From the NCBI GenBank assembly GCA_045863855.1, contig BTVV01000013.1, forward strand, positions 9,294-73,293: a stretch of 64,000 nucleotides of DNA, written 5' to 3'. Shown here in pieces: positions 26,152 through 36,111 of the stretch (positions are counted from its first letter, which is position 1; every line of letters starts with the position of its first letter). The notes beneath the pieces are model-generated. The model made no database searches, was not told where the DNA came from, and worked only from the letters and a program-made list of their open reading frames with translations. The stretch is from Planctomycetota bacterium (lineage in GTDB: Bacteria > Planctomycetota > SZUA-567 > H5-PLA8). The translations under genes and the position numbers were made by a program.

Positions 26152-29070
26152 TTAGCGCCCCGGACCTTCGGGCATGCTGGGCGGCTTGATCGGGGCGGGA
26201 CTTTCCTCCGCCGCGCCCAGATCGGGGAAGGTGATCTTGATGATATCGCCGCCGCTGGCCGGCTTGACCTTCAGCGCGATATCGGTCACGAACTCGGGCA
26301 GATCCAGATCCAGCGCCTGACCGGGCTGCAAGTCTACGGTCAGGGTCTTGACGACCGCCCCGGAGCGCGTGTCCCAGCATTCCAGGCGGTACTTGCCTGG
26401 CGCGAGCCCCTGAACTTGCGCGCCTACGTTCTCGAACTTCGCGCGATGCGGCAGCTCCGGCAGTTCGTTCATCGCGTTGACGTCGTAAATCCAGACGTAC
26501 GCCCCGTCCTTCCAGCGGTACTGCAGGCCGCCCAATCCGCCGCTGCGGCGCGTGAAACGCACTTGCTCCGTCACCGCTTCCAGCCCGCGGCGGTCTTCGC
26601 CGGCGATGTAGTTCGCGAACGCACGGAAGGTCGGATACAGCTCGCGCTTGTCGATGAAGTCGTACCACCAAAAGAGCGGCGCACCGCCCGCCTCGGTCAT
26701 CCAGGTGGACCAGAGTCCGCAATGCAGATCGGCTTCCAGGCGCGGGATGCTCGTGGCGTTCCAGTTCCCGCCGAACTCGGTGATCCAATACGGCTTCTTC
26801 GCTTCGCGAAAGGCGTTCGCCCACGCTTGCGCGATGGCGTGGTAGCCCGGTTGCGCGCGATAGGCATCGCCGACGATGTAGTCCATCGCGGGCGAGAGCG
26901 CCAACTCCTTATCCACGTAGGTGTAGTCGGTGGCGTAGTGGTTGGTGACCAAGTGCCCGTAGGTATCGTATTCGCGCAGCGCTCCCAGCATTTCGCGCGC
27001 CCAATCCTGGCCTTCCGGGGTACGGAAGTAGTTGCGGCCTTTGGGATGGCTGGGTTTACCCTTGCTTCCGTCGCCGATCAGGTCGTACTCGCTCACCAGT
27101 TCCCAGCCCATAATCGTCGGATCGGCTCCCCAGCGCGCGGCGATGTAGCGCAGCCGCTTCTTATGCAGGTTCTTGGCCGCAGCCTGGGTCAGGAACTGGC
27201 TAGGCGTCGCGACCACGCCACCGGGTTCGGTGAGCCGGTTCAAGGGATTGAGGTCCCATTCCCAGTCGCACCACTGGCTGAACTTGCCGTGGTTATCGAT
27301 CACCAGGTGGATGCGCATGCCGTGCTCGCGGGCCAATGCCAGCACTCGGTCGAGCTTCCATGCGTGCTCCAGGCTGTAACGCCCCGGCCCGTGGAAATGC
27401 CGCCAGCGCCGTGTCCACTCGATCGCCAGCCACCACGAGGCCATCCATACTTCGCCCACCGACTCCCCCGCCGCCGACATCTTGGGGAAGAAGTCTTTGT
27501 ACATATTCAAGCCGCGGAAGAGCGGCGGATCCTTTTCGAAGATCACATCCCAGCAGCGCAGATCCACCGGCGAGTGGACGTTGTGGCCCACCGGATAAAA
27601 AAAGCTTCCGTCCTCGAACTCGAAGCAGCGCGGATCTTTGCGCGCCACGCGTACGAATCCTTTGTGCCCGGAAGGGACGGCCGTAAAGCGCACCGGGGGC
27701 GCCGCTACGCTCACTTCCTTTTCGGTGCCCGGGTACAGCGTGGCCTGAACGGCGATCGTGTGCTCGCCCAGTTCGCGCGGCGTGACGCGGACGTGCCATT
27801 CCGGCCGGCCCACCGGAGCCAGCCGTTCCTCGGCGAAGTAAGGCTCGTCCTCGAAGTCCTGATGCCAGAAGCCGAAGACCTGCAGCGTCCGCCCCGAAGG
27901 CGCGGTCACCGTCGCGCGGATATCGGCCTGTTCGGGATCGAACGGGTTGTAGACCTGTCGGTTGAGTTCGAAGCGCACCGCGCAGGTCTGGAAGAGCCCG
28001 ACGCGCGGGAGTCCGCTGCCGCCTGCCTCGGCTGGCGCCGCCAGCGGATCGGTGCGCAAGTTGAGGATCTCCAGCGCCTGCTCGTCGGGATCGCGAGCGG
28101 GCGCGCGCTCCCAGAGCAGGTTCAGCTCGGCCAGCCGTTCGCGATCGGCGTCGCTCTCCGCGTGGCGCTGCTCCTGCGCAAGCACCTTCTCGAAGCGCTC
28201 CTGCCGCAGCCACCCGCGGAAGCGATCGAGGTGCAGCTTGCCCGCAAAGGGGCGGTCGCCGTAAAAGGTGATGCCGATGGTCCGGACCTGACTGGCCTGG
28301 TTCTCTTCCCAGGCGCCCAAGTGTCCCAACGGCGCGACGTCGGGGCTCCCGCCTCGCAGATCGGCCGTGACCGTCGTCCATTCGCCGGGTTGCAGCGCCG
28401 CTTTGCTGCGCGCCTGGAACCAGCGTCCATCCTTGTCCTTCAGGAAGAACAGGCAGCCCACATAGCCCCGCACTTCGGCCGGGACAAAGACGTCGTAAGC
28501 GATGAAGCGCACGCCGGACATGCCCGTGGGGCGGCGGAAAATCGTGCAGGCATCGGGAAAGTGGACGGGAACAGACAGGCTCGCGCGGCTTTGGGGGTGG
28601 CTCACAACACCCGCATCGACCTCCAGCGGCATGCCGTCCAGGGCCGGATCGCGCGCCGTTTCGCCTTCGTCTTCGCCGGTCGGCGGTTCTTGCTCCGCCG
28701 GCGCCGGTTCCGTCGGCGGGACTTCCGGATCGGGCGTTTCGGCCGATGGTGCGACCCGCACGATCCCGTTTTCATCCAACGCCAGCGACTGCTCTTGTTC
28801 GAGCCGCCAGCTTTCCGCATCCGCATCCCAACTGAAAAGCGGCTCTTGAGGATGCGGGAACCAGCCTTGCTCGGGGGTCAACTCCGCCAGCGCAACCCGC
28901 GCCAGCGCCGCCGCCGGACGCTCCGGCGGCTCGCGCAGTGCCGTGTCTTGCACATCGCTGAAGACCAGGAAGGCGGTTCCCGCCACCAGCACCACGGCCA
29001 CCAGACCCAAGATCGGGTACAGGATCTTCGAAAGCGTGGTTGCGGGCTGAACTTGCACGTGGTGCCTCAC
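26152..29070 (-). CDS. membrane-anchored glycoside-hydrolase-like protein (DUF5060 / GH5-like TIM barrel)
   Basis: 972 aa with a GTG start. N-terminal TM anchor and a Pro/Glu-rich linker. The region WITEFGGNWN...WMTEAGG resembles cellulase-family catalytic Glu contexts. Tentative. Confidence 0.5.
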   Translation of the reverse strand: MRHHVQVQPATTLSKILYPILGLVAVVLVAGTAFLVFSDVQDTALREPPERPAAALARVALAELTPEQGWFPHPQEPLFSWDADAESWRLEQEQSLALDENGIVRVAPSAETPDPEVPPTEPAPAEQEPPTGEDEGETARDPALDGMPLEVDAGVVSHPQSRASLSVPVHFPDACTIFRRPTGMSGVRFIAYDVFVPAEVRGYVGCLFFLKDKDGRWFQARSKAALQPGEWTTVTADLRGGSPDVAPLGHLGAWEENQASQVRTIGITFYGDRPFAGKLHLDRFRGWLRQERFEKVLAQEQRHAESDADRERLAELNLLWERAPARDPDEQALEILNLRTDPLAAPAEAGGSGLPRVGLFQTCAVRFELNRQVYNPFDPEQADIRATVTAPSGRTLQVFGFWHQDFEDEPYFAEERLAPVGRPEWHVRVTPRELGEHTIAVQATLYPGTEKEVSVAAPPVRFTAVPSGHKGFVRVARKDPRCFEFEDGSFFYPVGHNVHSPVDLRCWDVIFEKDPPLFRGLNMYKDFFPKMSAAGESVGEVWMASWWLAIEWTRRWRHFHGPGRYSLEHAWKLDRVLALAREHGMRIHLVIDNHGKFSQWCDWEWDLNPLNRLTEPGGVVATPSQFLTQAAAKNLHKKRLRYIAARWGADPTIMGWELVSEYDLIGDGSKGKPSHPKGRNYFRTPEGQDWAREMLGALREYDTYGHLVTNHYATDYTYVDKELALSPAMDYIVGDAYRAQPGYHAIAQAWANAFREAKKPYWITEFGGNWNATSIPRLEADLHCGLWSTWMTEAGGAPLFWWYDFIDKRELYPTFRAFANYIAGEDRRGLEAVTEQVRFTRRSGGLGGLQYRWKDGAYVWIYDVNAMNELPELPHRAKFENVGAQVQGLAPGKYRLECWDTRSGAVVKTLTVDLQPGQALDLDLPEFVTDIALKVKPASGGDIIKITFPDLGAAEESPAPIKPPSMPEGPGR

Positions 29071-29349
29071 TCGGTGCGAGCTATACCATCAGACGCCGTA
29101 AGGTCAACTCCAGCGGCAGGTTTCCGGATTGATCCAGACAGCCGCCGACAAGCAGAAGCATGTATTCAACCTCACGAGGTGCCTTGAAGTCACTTGAAGG
29201 CTCGTCGGCCTCTGTCCTAACCCTTTACAGGGCAGATAGATGAATCCGTTAAGCGATTTTCCCAGGAAGTTCGCTCTATCTCGGGACCGCGAGCAGGAAT
29301 CCAGTGAAGTCCTTCGTCACAATCCTGGCGCTGGACTCGTCCACGAGTA

Positions 29350-30333
29350 ATGGCGCGGGGACCGACGATGATCACAGCCCAGCGGACTATTCTGACGCTT
29401 GGGGCGATGCTGGCCTTGAGCTTTGGCGCGAGTGCGGCTGAAAAGGACGAGCCCGTCTGCACCGTCGTTCGGCTCGACGACGGCCGCGAGGTTCGCGGCA
29501 TTGTGCTCGAAGAAAACGAGCGCGAACTGCTCCTGCGCACTTGGACGGGCGATAAGCGCATCATGCGCAGCCTGATCACCGATTATCGGCGCAACTTGAG
29601 TCTCGAGGAGCGCGCGTCGATCCTGCGCGGAGCAGATCCGTGGAAAGACAGCGCGGAGTGGAAGGCCCGCGACGCCGAGTTTGCGGGCGGCGCGAAGAAG
29701 GTCGAGACGCCTTCGGTCGAACGCATTCCGCCACGTGGCGGTACGCCCGGTCCGGCTGTCGCGCGGCACGCCTCGCCGTCGCCTGCTTCCGCGCCCAGCG
29801 CCGATATCGGAGCGTCTGGCCGCGCCGGATCGGACCTCCTGGGCCGGCTCGACAAGCGCGTCTCGCTCGAACTGGTCGACGACAAGCTTGAAGACGCCCT
29901 CGACATGATCGGCGTCATGACGGGCATCAACATCATCCTGCACCCCAAGGTCCGCGAGGCGCAGCAGAAAGTCTCGCTCAACGTCAGCAACATGGACGCC
30001 GCGAACGTGCTCAAGTGGCTCACCCGGTTGACCGACACGCACATCCAAGTCGACGATCAGGCGATTTTCATCACCGACAAGCCCGATGAGGGCGAAGACG
30101 ACCGGGAGCGCAACGAAATCCTGATGACGCTGGCGGCCAACGGAGTCGATTTGACCGTGATGCCTCCGGGCGGTCAGCCGCTGACGGACGCCGAGCGCAT
30201 GCAGGTCGCCATGGCGATTCACGAGAAGACCAACCCGAAGCCGACGGACTTCCCCGGGCCGGAGATGGGTCTGGTAGGAGCCGAAGAGAACAGCGGCTTC
30301 GCCGCCAACCCCTTTATGGTTCCGGGCCGCTGA
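29350..30333 (+). CDS. secreted protein with STN (secretin/TonB short N-terminal)-like domain
   Basis: Signal peptide. The segment VSLELVDDKLEDALDMIGVMTGINIILHP...VSLNVSNMDAANVLKWL fits the STN consensus. Confidence 0.45.
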   Translation: MARGPTMITAQRTILTLGAMLALSFGASAAEKDEPVCTVVRLDDGREVRGIVLEENERELLLRTWTGDKRIMRSLITDYRRNLSLEERASILRGADPWKDSAEWKARDAEFAGGAKKVETPSVERIPPRGGTPGPAVARHASPSPASAPSADIGASGRAGSDLLGRLDKRVSLELVDDKLEDALDMIGVMTGINIILHPKVREAQQKVSLNVSNMDAANVLKWLTRLTDTHIQVDDQAIFITDKPDEGEDDRERNEILMTLAANGVDLTVMPPGGQPLTDAERMQVAMAIHEKTNPKPTDFPGPEMGLVGAEENSGFAANPFMVPGR

Positions 30334-30385
30334 GCCTGCGGCAGCGCCTTACGGCTTGAACTTTGCAACCTCCGAGGACATAACC

Positions 30386-30820
30386 ATGGGCGAGTCGGCC
30401 GTGATTCCGGTCCGCAAAGCGGAGAAGCCGCTGGTCATGCAACGCATTCCCACCTTGGTGGGCACCTCGGGTCATTTCACGGGCGAAGTCTTCCCGCTGG
30501 AATACGGCAAGACCATCGCCGTGGGCCGCAGCCGCACCGCCGATTTCTCGCTGCGCCGCACTCAGAAATACCGCGATCAGAAGCCCGAGGACCGCGAATC
30601 CGACGCCGACGCGAAGACCGTCAGCGCCAAGCACTTCGAGATTACGATGTACAACCTCGGCTCGATCGAGATCCGCAACCTGTCCAGCAACGGGACCTTC
30701 GTCGACGGCAAGCGCATCGATACGCTGATCGTGGACGACGTGGCCAAGAAGTCGCACGAGATTCGTTTCGGGAAGGACGAAGTCTTAAAGCTTGAGATGC
30801 GCGTCCACGAGGATCTGTAG
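30386..30820 (+). CDS. FHA domain-containing protein
   Basis: GRSRTADFSL....VSAKHFEI.......IRNLSSNGTFVDGKRI matches the FHA core. Confidence 0.7.
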   Translation: MGESAVIPVRKAEKPLVMQRIPTLVGTSGHFTGEVFPLEYGKTIAVGRSRTADFSLRRTQKYRDQKPEDRESDADAKTVSAKHFEITMYNLGSIEIRNLSSNGTFVDGKRIDTLIVDDVAKKSHEIRFGKDEVLKLEMRVHEDL

Positions 30821-30876
30821 GCCGGCGCTCGATTGGGCCGCAGATGGCCGCGGCCTGGACCGCCGCAGAAAATGCG

Positions 30877-31698
30877 TTACCCCCTCCGTTTCCTTCCGCC
30901 CTTATGGCGCACCGGCTGCGGCAGCGCCTCCTGCTTCGGGCCGTTACGAAGCCCCAATCGATCCAACTCCCTTCGATTCAATTGGCATTTGGCGTAGCCG
31001 TAAACATGGCTGCGTCCGTACAGGAGCTGTAGGCGCTCCCAATTCGAGTAAAAATCTATTGTGCCCACAAACACATCCGAAACTTTATGGCTCCATTCGT
31101 GCTGCGCAAGAATTCGCAGGTCAATGCGATACCAGACATGTGCCCTGCGGTGATACTGAACCAGCGGATCGCGCGGGTCGGTGCGGCGTTCTTGCAATCC
31201 TTCCGCCAGCTTGAGTCTTTTGCGGCGCCGCGCTTTGGTGTTGTAGAGGGGATTGCGACGGAGCACCCCGGTGCGCGGATCGACGTACAATTCGCCTCGA
31301 AAGTCTTTCAACGTCCGTAAGAGTCCCCATTCGAGAACCTGGATGCGGCCCTGCCGATCCACCTGCGTATGCACGGCCACGAAATCCCTGAGGTGCTGAA
31401 AGATGTGAAGTTGCACCGCGCTGTCCAGGCGCAGATGTTCGGCGATTTCGGCATGGACTTTATTCCATGGCCGGCCCACGCGGCTGTGCAGAAAGCGCCT
31501 GAGCGGCATCAAGTTCTCGTTCAGCGACTTGCGCCTTCGATATTCGGCCCACGGCCGCCGCATGCCTAACTGCCGGGGCAATTCGTCGGCTGCTGCTGCG
31601 GATTGCCTGCGTTGCGCGTGATCCTTAGCACGCGGAAACGAGCCGCCGGGGTTATAGCGCGGGCGCTCGACGATAATTTTGGCCATATCGGTACGCAT
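30877..31698 (-). CDS. basic (Arg/Lys-rich) hypothetical protein, no recognised family
   Basis: 273 aa. AGGAG ribosome-binding site 5 nt before ATG 31698. Protein-like composition. Confidence 0.45.
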   Translation of the reverse strand: MRTDMAKIIVERPRYNPGGSFPRAKDHAQRRQSAAAADELPRQLGMRRPWAEYRRRKSLNENLMPLRRFLHSRVGRPWNKVHAEIAEHLRLDSAVQLHIFQHLRDFVAVHTQVDRQGRIQVLEWGLLRTLKDFRGELYVDPRTGVLRRNPLYNTKARRRKRLKLAEGLQERRTDPRDPLVQYHRRAHVWYRIDLRILAQHEWSHKVSDVFVGTIDFYSNWERLQLLYGRSHVYGYAKCQLNRRELDRLGLRNGPKQEALPQPVRHKGGRKRRG

Positions 31699-31790
31699 AC
31701 GAACTCCTTGGATCGCACGACGCCAGCGCCGCGCCGCGTCACGTTTCGCGGCATCGCACAGGCTTGCTCTAAGCCTGGAGGTACAGAGTT

Positions 31791-31825
31791 AGCTGAAAAG
31801 AATGGCCGTCCCGCGGGGGACGGCC
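31791..31825 (-). terminator. rho-independent terminator for the gene 32018-32419
   Basis: Perfect 9-bp GC stem GGCCGTCCC-GCGG-GGGACGGCC (31804-31825). On the minus strand it is followed by ATTCTTTTC. Confidence 0.5.
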
Positions 31826-32017
31826 TCGGCGAAAGGCTAGGCGGAGGTCAGACGGCTGGCGTCCCGGCGAGAGCAGCTACAGCTGAGGAATTCGCACCGT
31901 CATGTTCTAACTCCTTGCTAAAACATTCACGGCCTCGTCGCCGCAGACGGGGGACTAAATCACATCGACCGGCCCAGTGTCAAATCGGGCGGAAACTTTT
32001 TCGCCTAAGCCGCGCGC

Positions 32018-32419
32018 CTACTTTGCCGCATCCGTGCTGTTCGTCGCGATGGTGGTTCGCTTCAAGCGGATCTTGTGCGTCTTGCCTTCGCGCTCGACCG
32101 TGAACTCGCCGCCGAACTTATCGGCTTCGTACGGCCCCCCTTGCCACGCGACGGTCTTCGTGGCCGCATCGTACGTGTACTTGCCCTCGCCGCCGGGCTT
32201 TCCGCCCGGGAGCAGCACCTTGTAGACGCCGCCGGCTTCCAGCACGAGCGAACCCAGCACAAGCGGCGGGCGGCCGATCGCTCCGTACGATTGAATGACA
32301 TACGTGCCCAACCGCGGCCCGGCGCTGGTATCGCCGGCAGCCTCTTCGGCGCTCAGGGTGCCCGCCAGACCCAGCACTACGACGCAAGCCGCAGTCAATC
32401 CACTCATTACGTTCCGCAT
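32018..32419 (-). CDS. small secreted hypothetical protein
   Basis: GAGGAG ribosome-binding site and ATG 32419. Signal peptide MRNVMSGLTAACVVVLGLAGTLSA. 133 aa. Confidence 0.55.
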   Translation of the reverse strand: MRNVMSGLTAACVVVLGLAGTLSAEEAAGDTSAGPRLGTYVIQSYGAIGRPPLVLGSLVLEAGGVYKVLLPGGKPGGEGKYTYDAATKTVAWQGGPYEADKFGGEFTVEREGKTHKIRLKRTTIATNSTDAAK

Positions 32420-32550
32420 AAACGCTCCTCGAAATTGAATCGCGCTCGATGTCCAGATCGTAAGCACCGGCCTCGCGATCGCCACGGCATTCCGTGCTGC
32501 ATCCACGGTTCAGTGTAAATTCAAGGATTCCCAATCCGGCATTCCCCACG

Positions 32551-33429
32551 CTACACGCGCTGTTGCTTCACGAAGTCCCGCACGCGCTGGCCGCTGACAT
32601 CCTTAAACAGTTTCGAGAGATGAAACGGGCTGCAGAAGCCCAGCCGAGCGGCGACTTGTTTGAGCGACGCGCCGGGTTCCGCGAGCCGGCGGCGCGCTTC
32701 CTGCACGCGCAGCCAGCGCACGCGCGACATCACCGTCATCCCGGTCTTGGCCCGAAAACCGTGGGCCAGCGCCGAGACGGACATGCCCAGCGCCGCCGCG
32801 ACTTCGTCCAGCGCCGGCGGGCTTCCCGAGGCGACCAGCTTGCCGGCGGCTTCGTCTACGCGCTTGAGCAGACTATCTTCGCTCCAGCCGCGGCCCGGAG
32901 CGGAGATGCGCCACGGGTCGCCCGGCAAGCCCGCGCCGCCGCCGCGAGCGGCCCGCGCCACCTCCGCCAGGATCACTTGCAAGTGCGCCGCGGCCACCGG
33001 TTCCGCGCCGGGCTCGCCGCTCTGCCGCAACGACCACATCGCACGAACGTGCGGCAAGAGACGCTCTTCGGGATCGGACAGCAGCGTGAACGGCCGTTCG
33101 CTCAGCGGCGCCCAAGCTTTGCGCAAGTCGAAGTAGAACCAGACGTGCTCGATCTGCCGCGGCGGCCGCTCGCTCATGTGCCAGTACGAGACGCCCGGGC
33201 GGTACACGTACCACGTATGCACCGGCCGCGGAAAGGCGCCGATCTCGATATCCCGGCTCTGCACCCGCAAATGGCCGCCCGGCAGCGCCACATACTCCAT
33301 CAGCCACGGCTGCCATGTCCAAGGGCCGTACCACGTGCCCGGCACGTGCCGATAGGACCGCACCTCGCAGACCACCGAATGCAGCGCCGCGTCCGGAAGC
33401 TCGTGCAAGATTATGTATCTCCTTTGCAT
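32551..33429 (-). CDS. AraC family transcriptional regulator
   Basis: C-terminal double HTH (LKQVAARLGFCSPFHLSKLFK). Confidence 0.8.
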   Translation of the reverse strand: MQRRYIILHELPDAALHSVVCEVRSYRHVPGTWYGPWTWQPWLMEYVALPGGHLRVQSRDIEIGAFPRPVHTWYVYRPGVSYWHMSERPPRQIEHVWFYFDLRKAWAPLSERPFTLLSDPEERLLPHVRAMWSLRQSGEPGAEPVAAAHLQVILAEVARAARGGGAGLPGDPWRISAPGRGWSEDSLLKRVDEAAGKLVASGSPPALDEVAAALGMSVSALAHGFRAKTGMTVMSRVRWLRVQEARRRLAEPGASLKQVAARLGFCSPFHLSKLFKDVSGQRVRDFVKQQRV

Positions 33430-33506
33430 ATCGATGCAGATTCGAGCAGGTAAGCTTAAATTCGAGCACTAAGCATTACAAGGATTTGTATTTTGGAGGC
33501 GCACCC

Positions 33507-34283
33507 ATGACCGAGCACGAACGCTACCTCTTCGACTTGCAGGGCTACGTGACCGTTCCCGGCGCCCTGGATGCCGAGCAGCTCCGCGCGCTGAACGCGA
33601 TCCTTGACGAACGACTGGCCAAGCTCAGCGCCGAGAAAACTTCGCACCGCTTCGGCGATCTGCTGAGTTGGGGGGCGCCGTATCGCGCGCTCCTCGATAA
33701 CCCCGCGATCCTTCCGCACCTGGAGGCGCTGCTGGGCGAGCATCCGCGGCTCGACCATACTTACCTCGATATCATTCGCGGCGGCTTGAGCCCCATCGGC
33801 GCGACGCTGCACGGCGGGGGCACGCCTTACGATCCGGGCCAGTTTTACCAGTTCCGCGACGGGCGCATGTACAACGGGCTGGTGGTGATCGCGTACAATC
33901 TGCATGACGTGAACCCCGGCGATGGCGGCTTCGCGTGCGTGCCGGGCAGCCACAAAGCCAACTTGCCGTTGCCGAAAGAGTGGCGCGACCTGACTCAACC
34001 GCATCCGTGCGTGAAGGCCGTGACCGGGCCGGCGGGGACGGCGGTGCTCTTCACCGAAGCGCTCACCCACGGGCCGCTGCCGTGGCGCGGCGCGCACGAC
34101 CGGCGCACGATCTTCTTCAAGTACAACGCGCACTGCATCAGCTACGCCGCCGGCTACTACGACCCCCAGACCTTCGCCTCGGACGAACTGACCGAGCGCC
34201 AGCGCGCGATGCTGGAAGCCCCCAACGCCCGCTACGGCGGCCGGCCCACCGCGCCGAAACCGCAGGCGGCGAAAGCGCAGTAA
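33507..34283 (+). CDS. phytanoyl-CoA dioxygenase (PhyH) family Fe(II)/2OG oxygenase
   Basis: GGAGG ribosome-binding site. HxD...H context (HGGGTPYD ... VPGSHK). Confidence 0.75.
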   Translation: MTEHERYLFDLQGYVTVPGALDAEQLRALNAILDERLAKLSAEKTSHRFGDLLSWGAPYRALLDNPAILPHLEALLGEHPRLDHTYLDIIRGGLSPIGATLHGGGTPYDPGQFYQFRDGRMYNGLVVIAYNLHDVNPGDGGFACVPGSHKANLPLPKEWRDLTQPHPCVKAVTGPAGTAVLFTEALTHGPLPWRGAHDRRTIFFKYNAHCISYAAGYYDPQTFASDELTERQRAMLEAPNARYGGRPTAPKPQAAKAQ

Positions 34284-34299
34284 TATCCTGGGTGAGCGG

Positions 34300-35370
34300 T
34301 TAGATCCGTGCGTACAGTTCGGCCAGCGCCGCGCCGCGCACGGGCAGCGCGTGGACGCGTTCGGCATGCTCCCGCGCCGCGTGCCCGCGTTGCGCGAGCC
34401 GCTCCGGATCGCGCAGCCACTCGTAGAGCGCCTCCGCCCACGCCGACGCGTCTTCGGCGGGCAGCACGCGAGCGCAAGCTGCATCCTCGCCGAACTCTCG
34501 CAAGCCCGGCTTATCGGCTAAAAGCAGCGGCACGCCGCAGGCCAGCAACTCGGCCGCAGGCCGCGAACTCCCATCGCTGCCCGTCGCGAAGACCAGCCCC
34601 GCGCGCAGCGCCGCCGCTTGCCGCGCGTAGCCCGTATCCGTCTCTTCCAGCACGATACGCTCGCGCGCCGGGTGCCGCGCGATCAGCCGCTCCAGTTCGG
34701 CGCGGTCTTCCCCGCGTCCCAGCAGCACCCCTTGCCACGGCACGCTGCGTTCGAGTTTTTCCAGCACGTTTAAAAACGCGCGCTGTCCACGGTCTTCGCC
34801 GGTCTTCCAGCGTCCGATCAAGCCCAACTTCGGCGGTCCCGGCGGCCGCTCGTGCCGCGGGCGATACGCATCCGTATCCACCGCCGACGGGAGGTACCGC
34901 GCTTCGCGCGCGCCGCCGGCCGCCAGAGTCGCGGCGTCGGCGCGGCTTGTGCAGACCAGCGCGTGGCAGCCTTGCGCCAATTCGCGCAACAGCGGGCTCG
35001 GTACGCGGCTGGGCGAACGATGCCACGTCCGCACCAGTTTGACGTGGCGCATCCGCCGCAGCGCCAGTTGCGCGAGCAACTGGTCGTCGCTGCGGTGCAC
35101 GTGAACCGCGTCGAGCTTCAGGTCGTCCACCAGTGCGCGCAGCCGAGCGCCGTCGGCGGGCAGATGCAGGAGCCGCGCCGCGCCGCGGCCGAGCCGGAAG
35201 CCGCCGGCGAAGGCAACGCCCGCCTCCTGCGCGCCCTGCTCCGGATACGAGCCGCTCCGGCCGCCCAGCCACGCCGCGTGCCCCGCCGCGGAAAGCGCGC
35301 GGACGTCGTTTAACGCCGCCGCCACCGGGCCGGTCACGATGCGTCCGTGGATCAGGTGCAGCACGTTCAA
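34300..35370 (-). CDS. glycosyltransferase family 4 (GT1-fold)
   Basis: TTG start. N-terminus NVLHLIHG. The C-terminal EX7E-like region is typical of GT4. Confidence 0.7.
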   Translation of the reverse strand: MNVLHLIHGRIVTGPVAAALNDVRALSAAGHAAWLGGRSGSYPEQGAQEAGVAFAGGFRLGRGAARLLHLPADGARLRALVDDLKLDAVHVHRSDDQLLAQLALRRMRHVKLVRTWHRSPSRVPSPLLRELAQGCHALVCTSRADAATLAAGGAREARYLPSAVDTDAYRPRHERPPGPPKLGLIGRWKTGEDRGQRAFLNVLEKLERSVPWQGVLLGRGEDRAELERLIARHPARERIVLEETDTGYARQAAALRAGLVFATGSDGSSRPAAELLACGVPLLLADKPGLREFGEDAACARVLPAEDASAWAEALYEWLRDPERLAQRGHAAREHAERVHALPVRGAALAELYARI

Positions 35371-35515
35371 GAGGCCGCTGTTGCTCCGATGCCGATGCGG
35401 ACCAGTCTAGCGGTTGTCTGAATTCGGGCGAATGGAACTGCCGGGTTTGTAGGGGCCGTTCGTTAGCGCCAAGAGAAGGTGCGCGGGTCGGCGAGCCCTT
35501 GAAGAGGGTCCGCGC

Positions 35516-36109
35516 ATGTTTCAGGTACCGAATATTCGGAAGAACTTCATCCCCGTCGCCATATGCGTGGGGATTCTGCATCTCATACTGGCGGGCGTCG
35601 AGTTCGAGGTGTGTTGCTGGCGCCGCGCGCTCGCGGGGCTGGAATGGGTGTGGCAAGCAACCGCCTGGGAGCCGGATTGGCAGATGGGATTGAGTTTATA
35701 TACATTGGCCGCGGTTTATTTGCTGTTGGTGGGATGGTTCGCGCTGCCGTTTGTACATCACTTCAAGCGAGCACCGCGCGGCGATCATGCATTGCGCCTG
35801 ATGGGTCTGGCCCACGCGCTCCTGATGCTGGCCACCGGGTTGGAGATTATCCGCATCACAGAGCGGCCTTTTATGACGTGGAGCTTTGGGCCGTACACCC
35901 TCTCGCAAGGCTTGGCGCTGAATTGGTTCGAGCTCAGCACTTACCTTTGGCTGCCGATCGCCGGCTGGCTGCTCACGCTATTGGCGCTCGGAACTCACGC
36001 GAGGCGCTATTTCACCGTGAATCGCGAACTGGCCGGGATCGTCGCCAGCGCTACGCTTAGCATCGTCGGCCTCGTGATCGGCCTCGGTTTGATGGTTAGT
36101 GTGCCGTGA
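35516..36109 (+). CDS. integral membrane protein, unknown function
   Basis: Five to six hydrophobic helices. No known motif. Confidence 0.5.
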   Translation: MFQVPNIRKNFIPVAICVGILHLILAGVEFEVCCWRRALAGLEWVWQATAWEPDWQMGLSLYTLAAVYLLLVGWFALPFVHHFKRAPRGDHALRLMGLAHALLMLATGLEIIRITERPFMTWSFGPYTLSQGLALNWFELSTYLWLPIAGWLLTLLALGTHARRYFTVNRELAGIVASATLSIVGLVIGLGLMVSVP

Positions 36110-36111
36110 AG

